A stretch of 64,000 nucleotides of DNA from Octopus bimaculoides (GCF_001194135.2 NC_068981.1:87923073-87987072), one strand, 5' to 3'; shown: positions 13,372 to 25,622, counted from the first letter of the stretch. Notes: generated by a model from the letters alone, not told the origin. Program-made: numbers and translations.

Positions 13372-14096
13372 GGATCTTTCTGAATTGGTGGGCACCACTT
13401 TTCATTTATGTTTTATGTAGAGTTTTTGGTAACGAAACACTTTCAAACTTCGTATACTTGTATATTTTGTGTTATAGAACAGATAAAATTTTTTGTATTT
13501 GAAGTTATTTCATGTAAAAAATTGTCGTATTTCGGTAATTTCAACCAATCACTGACGTCTATTGAGGTGAAAACAATTACTGCTGTGAATTGTGAACACC
13601 ACACATTGTGCGGTGTAATGGGATCTTTTCCCTTGAATAAAATTAGTGCCGTTGTTTGTCAACAACAACTGTAGCGGTACTGTTATTTATAACATCGTTC
13701 GTGCGTTTGTACTGGTTTTAGCTTTAGGGTTTGGGTTTTAGAGTTAGGGTTATTATTTTTGCCATAACCTAACTCATAACCCTAACCCTAAAACCCGAAC
13801 CCTAAACATTTACTAGGGAATAACGATATATAATTACCAGGGAATAACGATCTTGACACCGGCAAAAATTATTGTTTACAAAAACAGCAGTAACTGTATT
13901 CAGCTGAATAGACGTCGGTGATTGATTGAAATTACAGAAATACGACAACTTTAATATGAAATAACTTGCAATATAGAAATTTTTGTTAAGAAGGCTAAGA
14001 GAAAAAGATGTTTTATATGACACATTCTACCAGTATCCCAAGTTTGAAAGTGTTTCGTTAAGAAAACAAGTGGTGTCCGTCAATTCAGAAAGATCC
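13372..14096. mobile_element. Foldback/MITE-like palindromic element with central telomere-like repeats
   Basis: Mirrored arms, e.g. 13430-13450 is the exact reverse complement of 14040-14060 and 13372-13400 matches 14068-14096. Degenerate TTAGGG (13716-13751) then CCCTAA (13765-13806) in the centre. Confidence 0.7.
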
Positions 14097-15153
14097 GCCA
14101 GAAGCATTAAAACTCTTGGAAAAATGTTGTTGAAACAGTGCATAGCTACTGCTTTGATTTTATCACTTGTTCAAGTATGCTAATTAACAAGTATTTTTTT
14201 TTTTTTGCTTCCTTCCAGATGTAAGTTTGGTTTGTATTAAACACGAACTACCAAGAATAATTTTAGGTACCTACTAGTAACATTTAATAAATTTTGTTTT
14301 ATATATTTTAACTCATTTTAACCCCATATTTCTCTTTTTTTAATCAGACCAACAAATAAAATGAGCATGGGAACAAAATCATTAAAATTATAATTTATGC
14401 TGCGTCAGAAAGGAAAATGGTCGGTCAATAAAATGAGGAAATACCAAAGCAGATAATTTGACAATAAAATTTGTTTGTAGCCAGGCTAATTAAAACTTGT
14501 ATGATCTTTCAAGATCTTGTTGGTATTCATAGACTGAGAGTATACCCTGTTGCTGTCTGAAAGTAATATTTCCTATTCAATATGCAGCTAGTGTTTAAAA
14601 TATGACAGCCTTTAACATGTTTTTAAGAAGGCAAGGAATTTCTAATAAATTTTTAAAATTCATATGTATGTATGTTAGTGAAATAATAGCAGTGTTCATC
14701 ATCAACATCATTTAACATCTATTTTCCAAGCTGGCATGGGTTGGACGGTTTGACTGAGGTCTGGTGAGCCAGTGGCTGCACCAGGCTCCAATTTGATCTG
14801 GCAATGTTTCTATAGCTGGATGCCCTTCCTAATGCCAACTACTCTGTCATGTATGCACACTGACATTACACATCCAGCAGAGCATACTAGCTTCATTTCT
14901 TTCAAGCCTACGCATGTCCTCAGCAGTCATGGCCCATGTTTCACTGCTATGTAGCATGGCAGTTCGCACACATGCATCATATAGTCTACCTTTCATCCTG
15001 AGCAAGAGACCCTTAGTTGCCAGCAGAGATAGTAACTCCCTGAACTTTGCACAGGCTATTCTTATTCTGTCAAATTCAATAATTTGTTGAATACTTGATA
15101 TTATTTTCTAACTCTACTGTCTGATTCCCCTAAGAACTGAAATCTTTCTTCAA

Positions 15154-15596
15154 CCCTTTAGCATTCAAACCAGCCATATCTGGCCAAAATATTCTACCTG
15201 TTTTATACTCAAACTGGCCAAATCTGGCTCCTCTTACCAACCCTACAATATCCTTTCCTACTCTAGGAACAAGGCCCGAAATTTTGGGGGAGGGGGCCAG
15301 TCGATTAGATCAACACCAGTACGCAACTGGTACTTAATTTATTGACCTTGAGAGGCAAAGTCGACCACGTTGGAATTTGAACTCAGAATGTAAAGACAGA
15401 TGAAATACCACTAAACATTTCGCCTGGTGTGCTAACATTTTTGCCAGCTCACCACCTTATCAACCCTATGATATTATTCTAAAAATTAACCATTACCTCA
15501 TCAAAATCTCAAAATAATGAGATAATGCATAATTAATTGAAAACAATATGAATAAGTAAGCATTACTTATGATGAAATAATTTGAAGGCTAAAGGG
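15154..15596 (+). mobile_element. piggyBac-like MITE interrupted by a Nin SINE
   Basis: CCCTTTAGCATT start after TCAA and AAAGGG-TTAA end; SINE inserted at 15252-15460. Confidence 0.7.
15252..15460 (-). mobile_element. Nin-domain SINE nested in MITE
   Basis: Nin core on the minus strand; 14-bp imperfect TSD caaccctacaatat (15238-15251) / caaccctatgatat (15461-15474). Confidence 0.7.
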
Positions 15597-16688
15597 TTAA
15601 ATTTTCTGTGCACGTTCTGTAGCATTTTTGGAGAAAATTTAACTGCTGATCAATAAGTTGTCATCATCATTGTTTAACAGTCCTTTTTCCATGCTGGCAT
15701 GGGTTGGAGGGTTTGACAGGAACCAACAAGCCAGAGGACTGTGCCAAGCTCCAACGTCTGCTTTGATATGATTTCTACAGCTAAATGCTCTTCCTAATGC
15801 CAGCCTCATTACAGCGTACTGGGTGCTTTTTCATGACACCAGCACTAGTAAGGTCATCAAGTGCTAGTGAGATAAGACAGTGGGGTAAAGTATTGAAGGA
15901 GGCGAAAATATGATAGAGGGACAGGAACAGGTGCCTTACTGAAGATGAAGAAATTAATTCATGGCTTCCTCAGCTGGAAAGAGAGACAGAGAGAGTGTAC
16001 CCTCAAGGTAGAAGGTGAACATGGTAGAGAGGAACAGAAAGGGCCAGTGAGTGGGTAGGTAAGTTTGTAAGAGTATGGAAAATATGTAACAGATGATTAT
16101 AGATGGAGATAGTGAATAACAGTTATATCTGGACTGGGGCTTCCATAAACTATCCTTTGACCTAAAAATCATTTCCTCAATTATCTTTTAGCAATGTTCA
16201 TACAGGATCAAGAAATCATTTAAGTGTTCATTCCCAATGAACTGGGATTTTAGGAAGTATTGAAACATATTCTACACTTACATCCTCATACATCATTTAC
16301 ATAGATTTTGGTTCTGGTATCTTTTAAAATTTCTCATAAAACATGGAAAAAAAGTTGAAATACCTACACAAGCATGAGCATAACATATTTCATTTATTAC
16401 TTAATTAACTTTTGTTATTCAGAAATTATGGAACTAGTTCAAGAATGCAATGTTTGAAGATTTCCTCCAAATGGGGAAAACTATATAATGCCAGCTTTTC
16501 AACCACTTCAGCTGTTGAGTATTATAGGAGACCATTCATTGAGAAGTTAATATTGTTGATAAAAAACAATATATATTTGTGTATTGTATATTAAATGATA
16601 GATACTTTACAACAGTTATATGTATATACTAAGCTATATATTTTTTGTATACTTCCTACTGCTATACATTATATATGCATTTAACATA

Positions 16689-16730
16689 TACTAGCAGAGA
16701 TACCCGACCTTGTTCGGGATTAAAATTGCA
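16689..16730 (+). mobile_element. Helitron-like 5' terminus fragment
   Basis: TACTAGCAGAGATACCCGACCTTGTTCGGG with a subterminal cccga/tcggg hairpin, resembling non-autonomous Helitron starts. Confidence 0.35.
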
Positions 16731-16914
16731 TAGATTTTTATTGTTTTACTCGTTTCAGTCATGTTGGTCGAAGAAATCAACCACAGGATTTATTCTTTGT
16801 AAGTCTAGTACTCATTCTGTCATTGTCTTTTACCAAACCGCTAAGTTATGGGAATGTAAACACAGCAACATCAGTTGTCAAGCAATGGTGGGGGCAAAAA
16901 GCACCATCCCATCA

Positions 16915-17140
16915 TGGTCGATACCAGCTCCTCTGGCCTGTGCCAGTGACACGTAAAAATCACCCACTACACTCTCGGAGTGGTTGGCATTAGGAAGGGC
17001 ATCCAGCTGTGGAAACACTGCCTGATCAGATTGGGGCCTGGTGCAGCCTCCTGGCTTCCCAGACCCCAGTCAAACCGTCCAACCCATGCCAGCATGGAAA
17101 ACGGACGTTAAACGATGATTATAATTGTGATGATGATGAT
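16915..17140 (+). mobile_element. RTE-associated short element with (GAT)n tail
   Basis: ttaggaagggcatccagctg...aacccatgccagcatggaaaacggacgttaaacgatgat. Related copies at ~14700-14850(-), 15660-15860(-), 22885-23044(-), 26008-26190(-), 26740-27160(-), 39895-40290(-), 44483-44790(-), 56590-56740(+), 58060-58240(+). The same 3' end follows the RTE coding fragment at 59595-60435. Confidence 0.75.
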
Positions 17141-18457
17141 GAATGCTGTATTTTCTGGGTAATGCTGAATATCCTTCTAGTGAACCATAAAAGTAAACTT
17201 GCCTCCTTTGCTTAGCAATGTAGTTCTTCAAATAATTTCATTATGTTCTGTTGTAAGGGAAGCTGTAAGTAATGAACATAGGGGAAGCCTTCTATTGGTC
17301 AGTGTCAATGGCATGTCTTGAATACGTATGCTCTGACCATAGCAAGATTTTTCAGGGAAGACTGGCAGTTTGTCCACACATAGAAGTCTCTCCTCTCCAT
17401 TATACTGATGTATATTCAAAGAACGATTTGACATCAATGCTGTCACAGACATTGCTATCAGATGGCAAAGAGCCAAAACAGATACCAAAAAACATCTTAG
17501 CTTGACCTACAAACAGTTCTGTTAATCCATCACTATATATTGCTATATTTTTTATTGACCTGAAAAAATGAGAGGCAAAGTTGACAGAGTTTGAACTCAG
17601 AGAGAAGAGAACTGCAACAACTACAGCAAGGCTTTCTATACAATGCTGTAATATTTTAGGTAGTCTGCAGAAGAATAACAGTTATTTCAAATTGTCTTAT
17701 CAGTGAATTATCACTTACTCTTAGGTCTGTTGTGAGTTTGAGAAATAGTGAATAACCTGTTTCCATGACATATAAGTGAATGAAATTACAACACTCTCCA
17801 CTGAATAGGACACTAGCCCATCACAGGGTCAACTTCCCAGCTATTACTGGAACTCATTTACAACTACTTGAACTGGAGTAATGTTAAATGAAGTGTTTTG
17901 CTCAAGAACACAACATGCTACATAGCTCCAGGATTGAAATATTTATCATAAGATGATGGGTGCAACACCCTAACCACTAGGCCATATGCTTTCACTATCT
18001 GAGATTATGTCCACACCAAAAATCTGTATCTATTACTCATACTGAAATCTTAGTCACTGTGTGCTGTTAGTATTTTGCTTAGATCTAATAAGATTAACAC
18101 ACATTCCAGGGTTGTCACAAAGCTAGCAAAGATCAGGTTCCCTTCTTCTCTGCATATCTCCTATTTTTGATCAGCTCAAATTTCAGTGTTCTCCTTTGCT
18201 TGTTTTGAGTAATTTTCATTAATGCTAATGACTTTTCTTTTCGTTATAGTTATTGGAATTAACTGAAAATCATATTTTGTGCACTGCTAAATACAATTGC
18301 ATGCACTGAACAGCAGCATGCTGGGCCAATATGGCCCTAGTTTTGCCTCATATTTAGGTACTTATTTCATCAATCTCATAAAGAGAGACAGACAATGCTT
18401 CATAAGACACTGGGAATCTGACCCCTGTGTGTGTGTGTGTTTGTGCATGCACGTGTG

Positions 18458-18497
<40 letters not shown>

Positions 18498-18599
18498 AAT
18501 ATAGGGCAGGGAATTGCTAATTAATTAATAAATTAATAATTAACAATTTTGCCAAGTTGTTCAGTATGCAAAAAAACCTTTATCGGTAAACCATTTGTA

Positions 18600-18885
18600 A
18601 TTATAAACATATAGGGATCAGCAGGAAATGTTTCACCAACATACTGAAAATTTAGAAATAGCAGTTAAAACTACTAATTCTAACTACAATTTATTCTCCA
18701 ACGGATGCCGATATTTATGGCTCACATAGAACAACGGAAGAGAAATAAATGAAAACAAACCTAGCCATAAATATCGCCATCCGTTGGAGAATAAATTGGA
18801 GTTAGAATTAGTAGTTTTAACTGCTATTTCTAAATTTTCAGTATGTTGGTGAAGCAATTCCTGCTGATCTCTATATGTTTATAAT
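18600..18885. repeat. 123-bp inverted repeat (about 96% identical), 40-nt spacer; probable inverted Penelope pLTR
   Basis: 18600-18722 versus 18763-18885 with about 5 mismatches; the right arm runs into the gap. Confidence 0.8.
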
Positions 18886-19148
18886 NNNNNNNNNNNNNNN
18901 NNNNNNNNNNNNNNNNNNNNNNNNNNNNNNNNNNNNNNNNNNNNNNNNNNNNNNNNNNNNNNNNNNNNNNNNNNNNNNNNNNNNNNNNNNNNNNNNNNNN
19001 NNNNNNNNNNNNNNNNNNNNNNNNNNNNNNNNNNNNNNNNNNNNNNNNNNNNNNNNNNNNNNNNNNNNNNNNNNNNNNNNNNNNNNNNNNNNNNNNNNNN
19101 NNNNNNNNNNNNNNNNNNNNNNNNNNNNNNNNNNNNNNNNNNNNNNNN
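18886..19148. other. Assembly gap (N run)
   Basis: Run of N. Confidence 0.99.
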
Positions 19149-19171
19149 ATGACGCTCGGGAATACGGAAAG

Positions 19172-19208
19172 TCTTTGACGTTTCGAGCTACGCTCTTCAA
19201 CAGAAAGA
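19172..19208 (-). ncRNA. Minimal hammerhead-like motif (Penelope type), copy 1
   Basis: Minus strand reads TCTTT-CTGTTGA-A-GAG cgtag CTC-GAAAC-GTC-AAAGA: stem I tcttt/aaaga, stem II gag/ctc, palindromic ACGT stem III, GUC site; core A6 replaced by U. Confidence 0.55.
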
Positions 19209-19382
19209 ATACGGAGACAAGGAGAAAAACATGGAGAAAAAAAATTGAATAGTGTTCAGTCAACGGTCAATCATAATAATGGCCGATCATATGGGAGAAT
19301 ATACAAATAATAACAACAGACGAGGACAGGTAGTGTAAATAACAAAAGTATATATTAGTATGACGCTCGGGAATACGGAAAG

Positions 19383-19419
19383 TCTTTGACGTTTCGAGCT
19401 ACGCTCTTCAACAGAAAGA
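19383..19419 (-). ncRNA. Minimal hammerhead-like motif, copy 2 (tandem, 211 nt apart)
   Basis: Identical 37-mer inside a ~90-bp direct repeat (19149-19240 / 19360-19450). Confidence 0.55.
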
Positions 19420-19819
19420 ATACGGAGACAAGGAGAAAAACACGGAGAAAAATATATATATGTGGTTATTGGCTCCCATATGCTGTCATACAGCAGGGTC
19501 ATTCCTTATACTGGTTATACATGAGGAACACTGTTAGTGTATAGAATTTATATATAAATTTATAGAATAAGATGGAATAAACAGGCTTTAATTATGAAAC
19601 GCGACAATTGTTTCTGTGCAGTGGTAGCAGCTGTTCATTGCTGAGTTTTCTATTATATAAATTATATTATAAATAATTGCATAAATAAATATGATCCTGC
19701 AGCAGCAGTGTACCAACACATCATCAGGTGGGTCGCTTTGAAAGTACTACTGGATCATGTTCAGTTTCTCATCTTTTTTATATGCCTTTGCATGATTAGC
19801 ATTCTCTCTTTACTGAGTA

Positions 19820-20130
19820 GGTTGAAGATTCAAGGCAACACAAGTTGTAAAAATATCATTATACCTTTCCTGTCACCAGGAAATTTTTTTTCCTTTTGAG
19901 GTCCTGTTTTTTAAAATTTTGGGACCTCAAAAAGGAAAAAATAAACTACAGCACCACTTGGTCAGTACTACAAAATGCAAAACCATATAATGCATACTGT
20001 AAAGTATGTAACCTCTACTTGGAAGAAACACTTGAAATAATATTATGTAAGGATAAAATAATTAAGAAGCTCTCAGAAATAATCCTCATTTGCACCCATA
20101 GCCTGAAAAGTTCATTTCTTGAATTTAGAA
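19820..20130 (+). mobile_element. Penelope-like GIY-YIG endonuclease C-terminal relic
   Basis: WDLKKEKINYSTTWSVLQNAKPYNAYCKVCNLYLEETLEIILC...ICTH resembles the PLE IW-LK..W-I..A-PY..C-LC-E..CRH signature; degenerate. Confidence 0.65.
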
Positions 20131-23044
20131 AGAATATATAATGTTCAAAGTGATTTTAATCTTCTGTTGACTCAAAAATAAACTTAACATAAGATAATTA
20201 TCAATAACAAGTTAGTATTATTGTTTACCTATTTTATGTAATGATTATAATAATTTGAAAGTGCTGATGATCATGAAATGATAGTAATATGTTATTTGCT
20301 ATAAATTGCTGTTATACTGTCTTTTGGTATCATTACTGCTATGTTTAAATACATACATACACATTAGTATGAAAAAAAAAATTATAAAAATATTAGGTAT
20401 GTGTGAGAGTAAAAGCATTGATTTAACCTAAAGATATAAAACAAGAATTGCCAATAGATGGTGTGTATGTACATAAGTAGGTATGTACATAAGTTTGGCG
20501 GCTAGTAGTAGAAGTACATGTATAAAAATGACAGTGTGTATATTTATATATGTACAGATATGAAAATGTGTATATACATATATATTCATATTAAAGTATG
20601 TGTATGTATATTCAAATATAAATATTTCTATGGATACACTGAGTGAATAAAAATCTGTATGTGTGCATGAGTAAAGGCAAATAAATCTCTTCATGTACGA
20701 TAAGAATCTTAATGACTATTAAAAGACTATGATGGGTATCAGGATAACTGAAATTAAGTTTTACGAGTGGATTGACAGACAAATGGATATCCTGCTGGGG
20801 CAAAGTGATGACTTTAGATCATTTGAAGTAAAACAGTTACAAACAATAGAGGTAATGGATACTTCTAGTCTAAGATGAAAAAAAGAAAAAATTTAGAGAA
20901 ACATATGATAGAATAAAAATACAGAATGTTAGTTTTGCTCTATATTTACACATTTGATTTTTATTTCTGTTTCTATTTAGAAATGTTTGTCTATTTGTTT
21001 TGTAATTTGTATTTTTAATTTTTACTAGCATTATTTTTTCAGTATTTTTATAACTTGTGTTGCCTTGAATCTATAAGCAACTCAGTGAAGAGAGAATGCT
21101 AACTATGCAAAGGCAGATAAGATGAGAAATTGAACATGATCCAGCAGTGCTTTCAAAGCAACCCACCTGATGACGTGCCAGTACACAGTTGCTGTGGGAT
21201 CATATTTATTTATGTAACTATTTATAAAATAATTTATATAATAGTATGATATGGAAAACCTCAGCAACTAACAGCTGTTACCACTGCACAGAAACAATTG
21301 TTATGATTTGTAATTAAAGCCTGTTTATTCCATCTTGTATAAATTTATATATATATATATATATAATAATTATCGCCAAGCCAACATGGCATATATATAT
21401 ATATCATCATTGTCATCATCATCATCATCATCATCAACATCATCATTGTTTTAATATCCACTCTTTTCCACAATTGCATGGCTCAGACAATTCATTGAGA
21501 CAAATTTCTTAGAGCTGGATTCCTTTCCTACCACTAACTCTCACCTGTTTCAAGTAAGGTAATATTTCCTCATAGCTTGGCATATTTTTACGGAAGATTG
21601 AAAAAAAATTAAAAAACTTATAAATACATACATATATCAGTATCCATGTATACACAAAATCAGTTTCCTGCAGTTTTTGTATACTAAATTCCCTTAGATA
21701 GCATTGGTTGGTACAGGACTACAGTAAAACACACCATGGTGTTGTGACACAAAGTCCAAAACCATGCAATTTCAATCTTAACTATTCAGCCATGCCTGCA
21801 TCAAACTATCATATAGATAGGCATGGCTGTGTAGTTAAGTTCATTTTCTAGCCATAAAGTTTAGGGTTCAGTTCTACTGAATAGCACCTTGGGCAAAAGT
21901 CTTCTACTATAACCCTGGACCACTCACCATGGATCCACATTTCAAAGAAACAGGGGAATTGTTTCATATTCAAACTTGGTACCATGTCACTGATAGGTTT
22001 AAATGAACATTTTTCCTTCTACTCCTACATCTCTTTCTTCATTTCCTTTTCATCTCACTTTTGACTTTGGCTGCTTCCCCTTATTTCATTACTCCTTCCT
22101 TCTTCCTTCTCACAGTTACTCCTATCACTTTTTATGTATGAAGCTCACATAGTCTTGTGTTCCTTGTCAGTTGCAGCAATTTTTTTTTTTTATTAACTTA
22201 GAGGATTTCTTTCTTTCTACTTTTTCCTGAAGAAGGACACTGTTTGAAATATTGGATTTTCCACTACTCATAGCAAGTTCACTGTACTCTTTCTTAGTTT
22301 TTATCAATGTAACTACATGATATAAGTCTTGCTATAATACCAGCTTCTTTGGAGTCTGTTTGATATATATTTTATTGTCACCTATATTGCAAGAAATGAG
22401 AATTATTTCTGTAAGAAGTGACAGGGAAGATAACTATCCCATGAGCTTCTCTAGGATCACTAGACTAGTTTTGCTTGTTAGTCATAGGCTCATCAGCAGT
22501 GACTATTCAAACGCTAAATCCAGCTGTTAGCATATATATTTTTACCGTAAAAAGTTATAGCTGATTCAGTGAAATGTTAATGCATACATTAAAAATTGAT
22601 ACAAATAGCTAGGCACAATATAATACTATAAAGGAAAAATTTAATTGTCACTAATTGTGACTGAGGATGCTGAAGCACCTATAATGCAAGAAATAAGAGG
22701 TAAAATCTCTTAATACTGTAAGAAGTGTGTTGTGTGGTAAGAGGTTTACTTCCCAACTACATGGTTCCAAGTTCAATCTCACTGTGTGGCACCTTGGACA
22801 AGTGTCTTCTACTATGGCCTCAGGCCAACCAAAGCCTTGTGAGTAAATTTTGTAGACAGAAACTGAAAGAAGCCCATCGTGTGTATCATCATCATCATCA
22901 TCATCGTTTAACGTCCGCTTTCCATGCTAGCATGGGTTGGACAATTTGACTGAGGACTGGTGAAACCGGATGGCAACACCAGGCTCCAGTCTGATTTGGC
23001 AGAGTTTCTACAGCTGGATGCCCTTCCTAACGCCAACCACTCAA

Positions 23045-23563
23045 GGCACTATCATGCTATTAGCTGTCAGAAGTGAAAGTGCTCACTGCTAGTGAAGTAT
23101 CTGTCTGCCTGCATGCCTGTTGCTGGCCTGTCGATTCTTTGGCTACTGACAGCTAATACCATGACTGGCCGGAGCGAGCTATATGTCTGTCTCTCTCTCT
23201 CTCTATCTATCTATTACTCGAAAGNNNNNNNNNNACTTCAAACTTCATTTGTTTTCTATTTTGATAAATTCTCTCTGTTGAAAATGATATTTTTATATTT
23301 TAAATAATTTGCAATTTCAGGAAATATGTTTTTATATTAAATTTGTGTTTTCTACTCACGACTAGCTAGCTCGGACGCGCGAACTTTCGAGTAATAGATA
23401 GATAGAGAGAGAGAGAGACAGACATATAGCTCGCTCCGGCCAGTCATGGTATTAGCTGTCAGTAGCCAAAGAATCGACAGGCCAGCAACAGGCATGCAGG
23501 CAGACAGATACTTCACTAGCAGTGAGCACTTTCACTTCTGACAGCTAATAGCATGATAGTGCC
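23045..23563. mobile_element. Element with perfect 180-bp terminal inverted repeats (GGCACTA...TAGTGCC), spanning a 10-N gap
   Basis: 23045-23224 is the reverse complement of 23384-23563, including microsatellite length. No TSD seen; may be an assembly artefact. Confidence 0.5.
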
Positions 23564-24329
23564 ATATATATATATATATATTTATATGTATGTATATATT
23601 TGTGTGTATCTGTGTGTTTGTCCTCACACCATCACTTGACAACTGATGCTGGTATGTTTATGTCCCCGTAACTTAGTGGTTTGGCAAAAGAGACCAATAG
23701 AATAAGTACTAGGCTTACAAAGAATAAGTCCTATGGTCGATTTCTTTGACTAAAGGTGGTGCTTCAGCGTGACCACAGTCGGATGACTAAAACAAAAGAA
23801 TATATATATTTATAAGTAATAAGAAAAGGGTGGAGGAGAATTTTGATTATCCCCACATGGTGAGTTGTAATGCAAAAAATGTATATATAAAATAAAGGAA
23901 GGAAAGTGCACACAGTTTACATAGTTTGATATATTTTATAAGTGGAAGCATATTGTGTTTGTCGACCAGTTTTGCTTTTGCCGTTATTGTAATTTCGTAT
24001 TTTCTTAAGATTTTAGTCCATGTTCTTGGAAGGAAGTTTGTGAACGAATCAACAAGAAGAGAAGCCTAAGAGGAGGTAATTAGTGATGATTATTATTCAG
24101 AACAGGGGAGATAATTGCACATTTTTTTTTGTGGTGGGGAATAAATAAATATACAAAAACTCAAAAACTAAAGTTGTGAGATGAAATATGTGTTCATATT
24201 TAGGCATGTTCTGTATTTTTTGATAAATTTTCTTTATTTAAACATTCTTCTACAGAAATTGTTTCTTTGCACTGATAGGTAGAAAAAACTATGAAGTTTG
24301 GTTGGATATTACCTGCACATCTATGTGAT

Positions 24330-25025
24330 CACTCAAAAGAATCTGTACTTTGAGAAACAGATCTGTTCCTTGTATAGTGTGATTCTTTAAGTACCATACT
24401 TGTCTGTTCTATATAGTTATGTTCACAACCTGACCAAGTTATAACATGAATTTGATTCTCAGAAGCACAAGTGAAGTTGGTTTTGTGAAGCTCTCTCCTT
24501 GTTTGAATAGGAATTCCAAGTCTTCCAGTAGGTTGAGGCATGTTTCACAGTTTGGACATCCACACTTTTTAACCATTGGTTTTGTAGTTGTTGTATAAAG
24601 CTTTGTATTTGTCAGAAGTCACTTCACTGATTTGTGTTGCTTTTTGCATTTGATGAATTTATGTGTTTTAAGAATGTTGTTCATTTTTGTTTCCCTAGTG
24701 AGTGTAGGTGGATTTTGTACAATAGTGTTGTATGCCTCATTTTCCCTAGGGTTGTGAGTTGATATATGCAGTAGCATTTTGAGATGAGATGCGGTATTAG
24801 AATTTCAATGCCTAATTTCTAGGCACGCTTAATTTCATCATCTATAAGTGAGGGTGTATATTGTCTCTCAGTTAGCATTGTTCTGAGGTCTTCAAGACGG
24901 AGATCCTGAGTGTTTCCATCAGACACTATTGTGCAAATCCTTTTCGCTAAATTAAAGGGGATATTTCTTTTGATGTGCTTCAGGTAGCATGTGCTTCTAG
25001 TCCGTTGGTTTATGATAAATATCAG
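24330..25025 (-). mobile_element. Penelope-like element relic (RT thumb, CxxC linker, GIY-YIG start)
   Basis: Minus-strand translation TDIYHKPTD...NIPFNLAKRICTIVSD...KKCGCPNCETC...NFTCASENQIHVITWSGCEHNYIEQT, with stops and frameshifts. Confidence 0.75.
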
Positions 25026-25439
25026 TTCTCATTCCTAAGGTATTTTTCGATGTTATTATTATTATTCAGGTCATTGCTTGGAATCAAACTTGGGGTTAGT
25101 AGCCCGCGCTCTTAACCACTACGCCATATACCTCTGGGCAATTATGAAGAGAATTTTATGGCTTATAAATCTAGTATTTTCCTATCCTTCCTCAATACCG
25201 GTTCCCGTATGCTATTCATATCTGCACTCGGTATGCTTAGGAGGTTGTTGTGTCCTACCATATGTGCTGCTTCTTTTAGTTTTCGTATTTTCCAGTAGTG
25301 TTCTCTGTCTATTATTTTAACTTCATCCCACAGTGGGAGGTGGTCTCCATTTTTCCATACATGATCAGCTATATTCGATTTATCAATATCTCCTCATGTC
25401 ACAGCCTTGCAATGTTCCTCTACTCAACAACAACAACAT

Positions 25440-25580
25440 CGAAATATACCTAAGGAATGAGAACCCAGATTTCGAAGTTTCCTCAAGATACCTGATGAAG
25501 GTTGGAGGGTATATCAGCTGAAAAGTTGTGTTAACAACAAACAAGATGAGGACAAATATCCATCAAATGTAAATAATGTA
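25440..25580 (+). mobile_element. Penelope pLTR fragment with decayed hammerhead
   Basis: CTGATGA-A-GGTTGG..CAGCT-GAAAAGTT at 25492-25527; its 5' part is inverted relative to 25026-25066. Related copies at 36782-36885(+) and 63963-64000(-). Confidence 0.6.
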
Positions 25581-25622
25581 TATATATATATACACACACA
25601 CATCAAGCTTCTTTCAGTTTCT

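Noticed and set aside
13716-13806. True telomere or chromosome-fusion site
   Set aside because: Repeats are few and degenerate and sit inside non-telomeric mirrored arms; a foldback repeat is the simpler explanation.
17272-17505. 77-aa + strand ORF
   Set aside because: The nearest acceptor gives an in-frame stop before the ATG and no homology is recognised; the minus-strand reading is kept only as a speculative exon.
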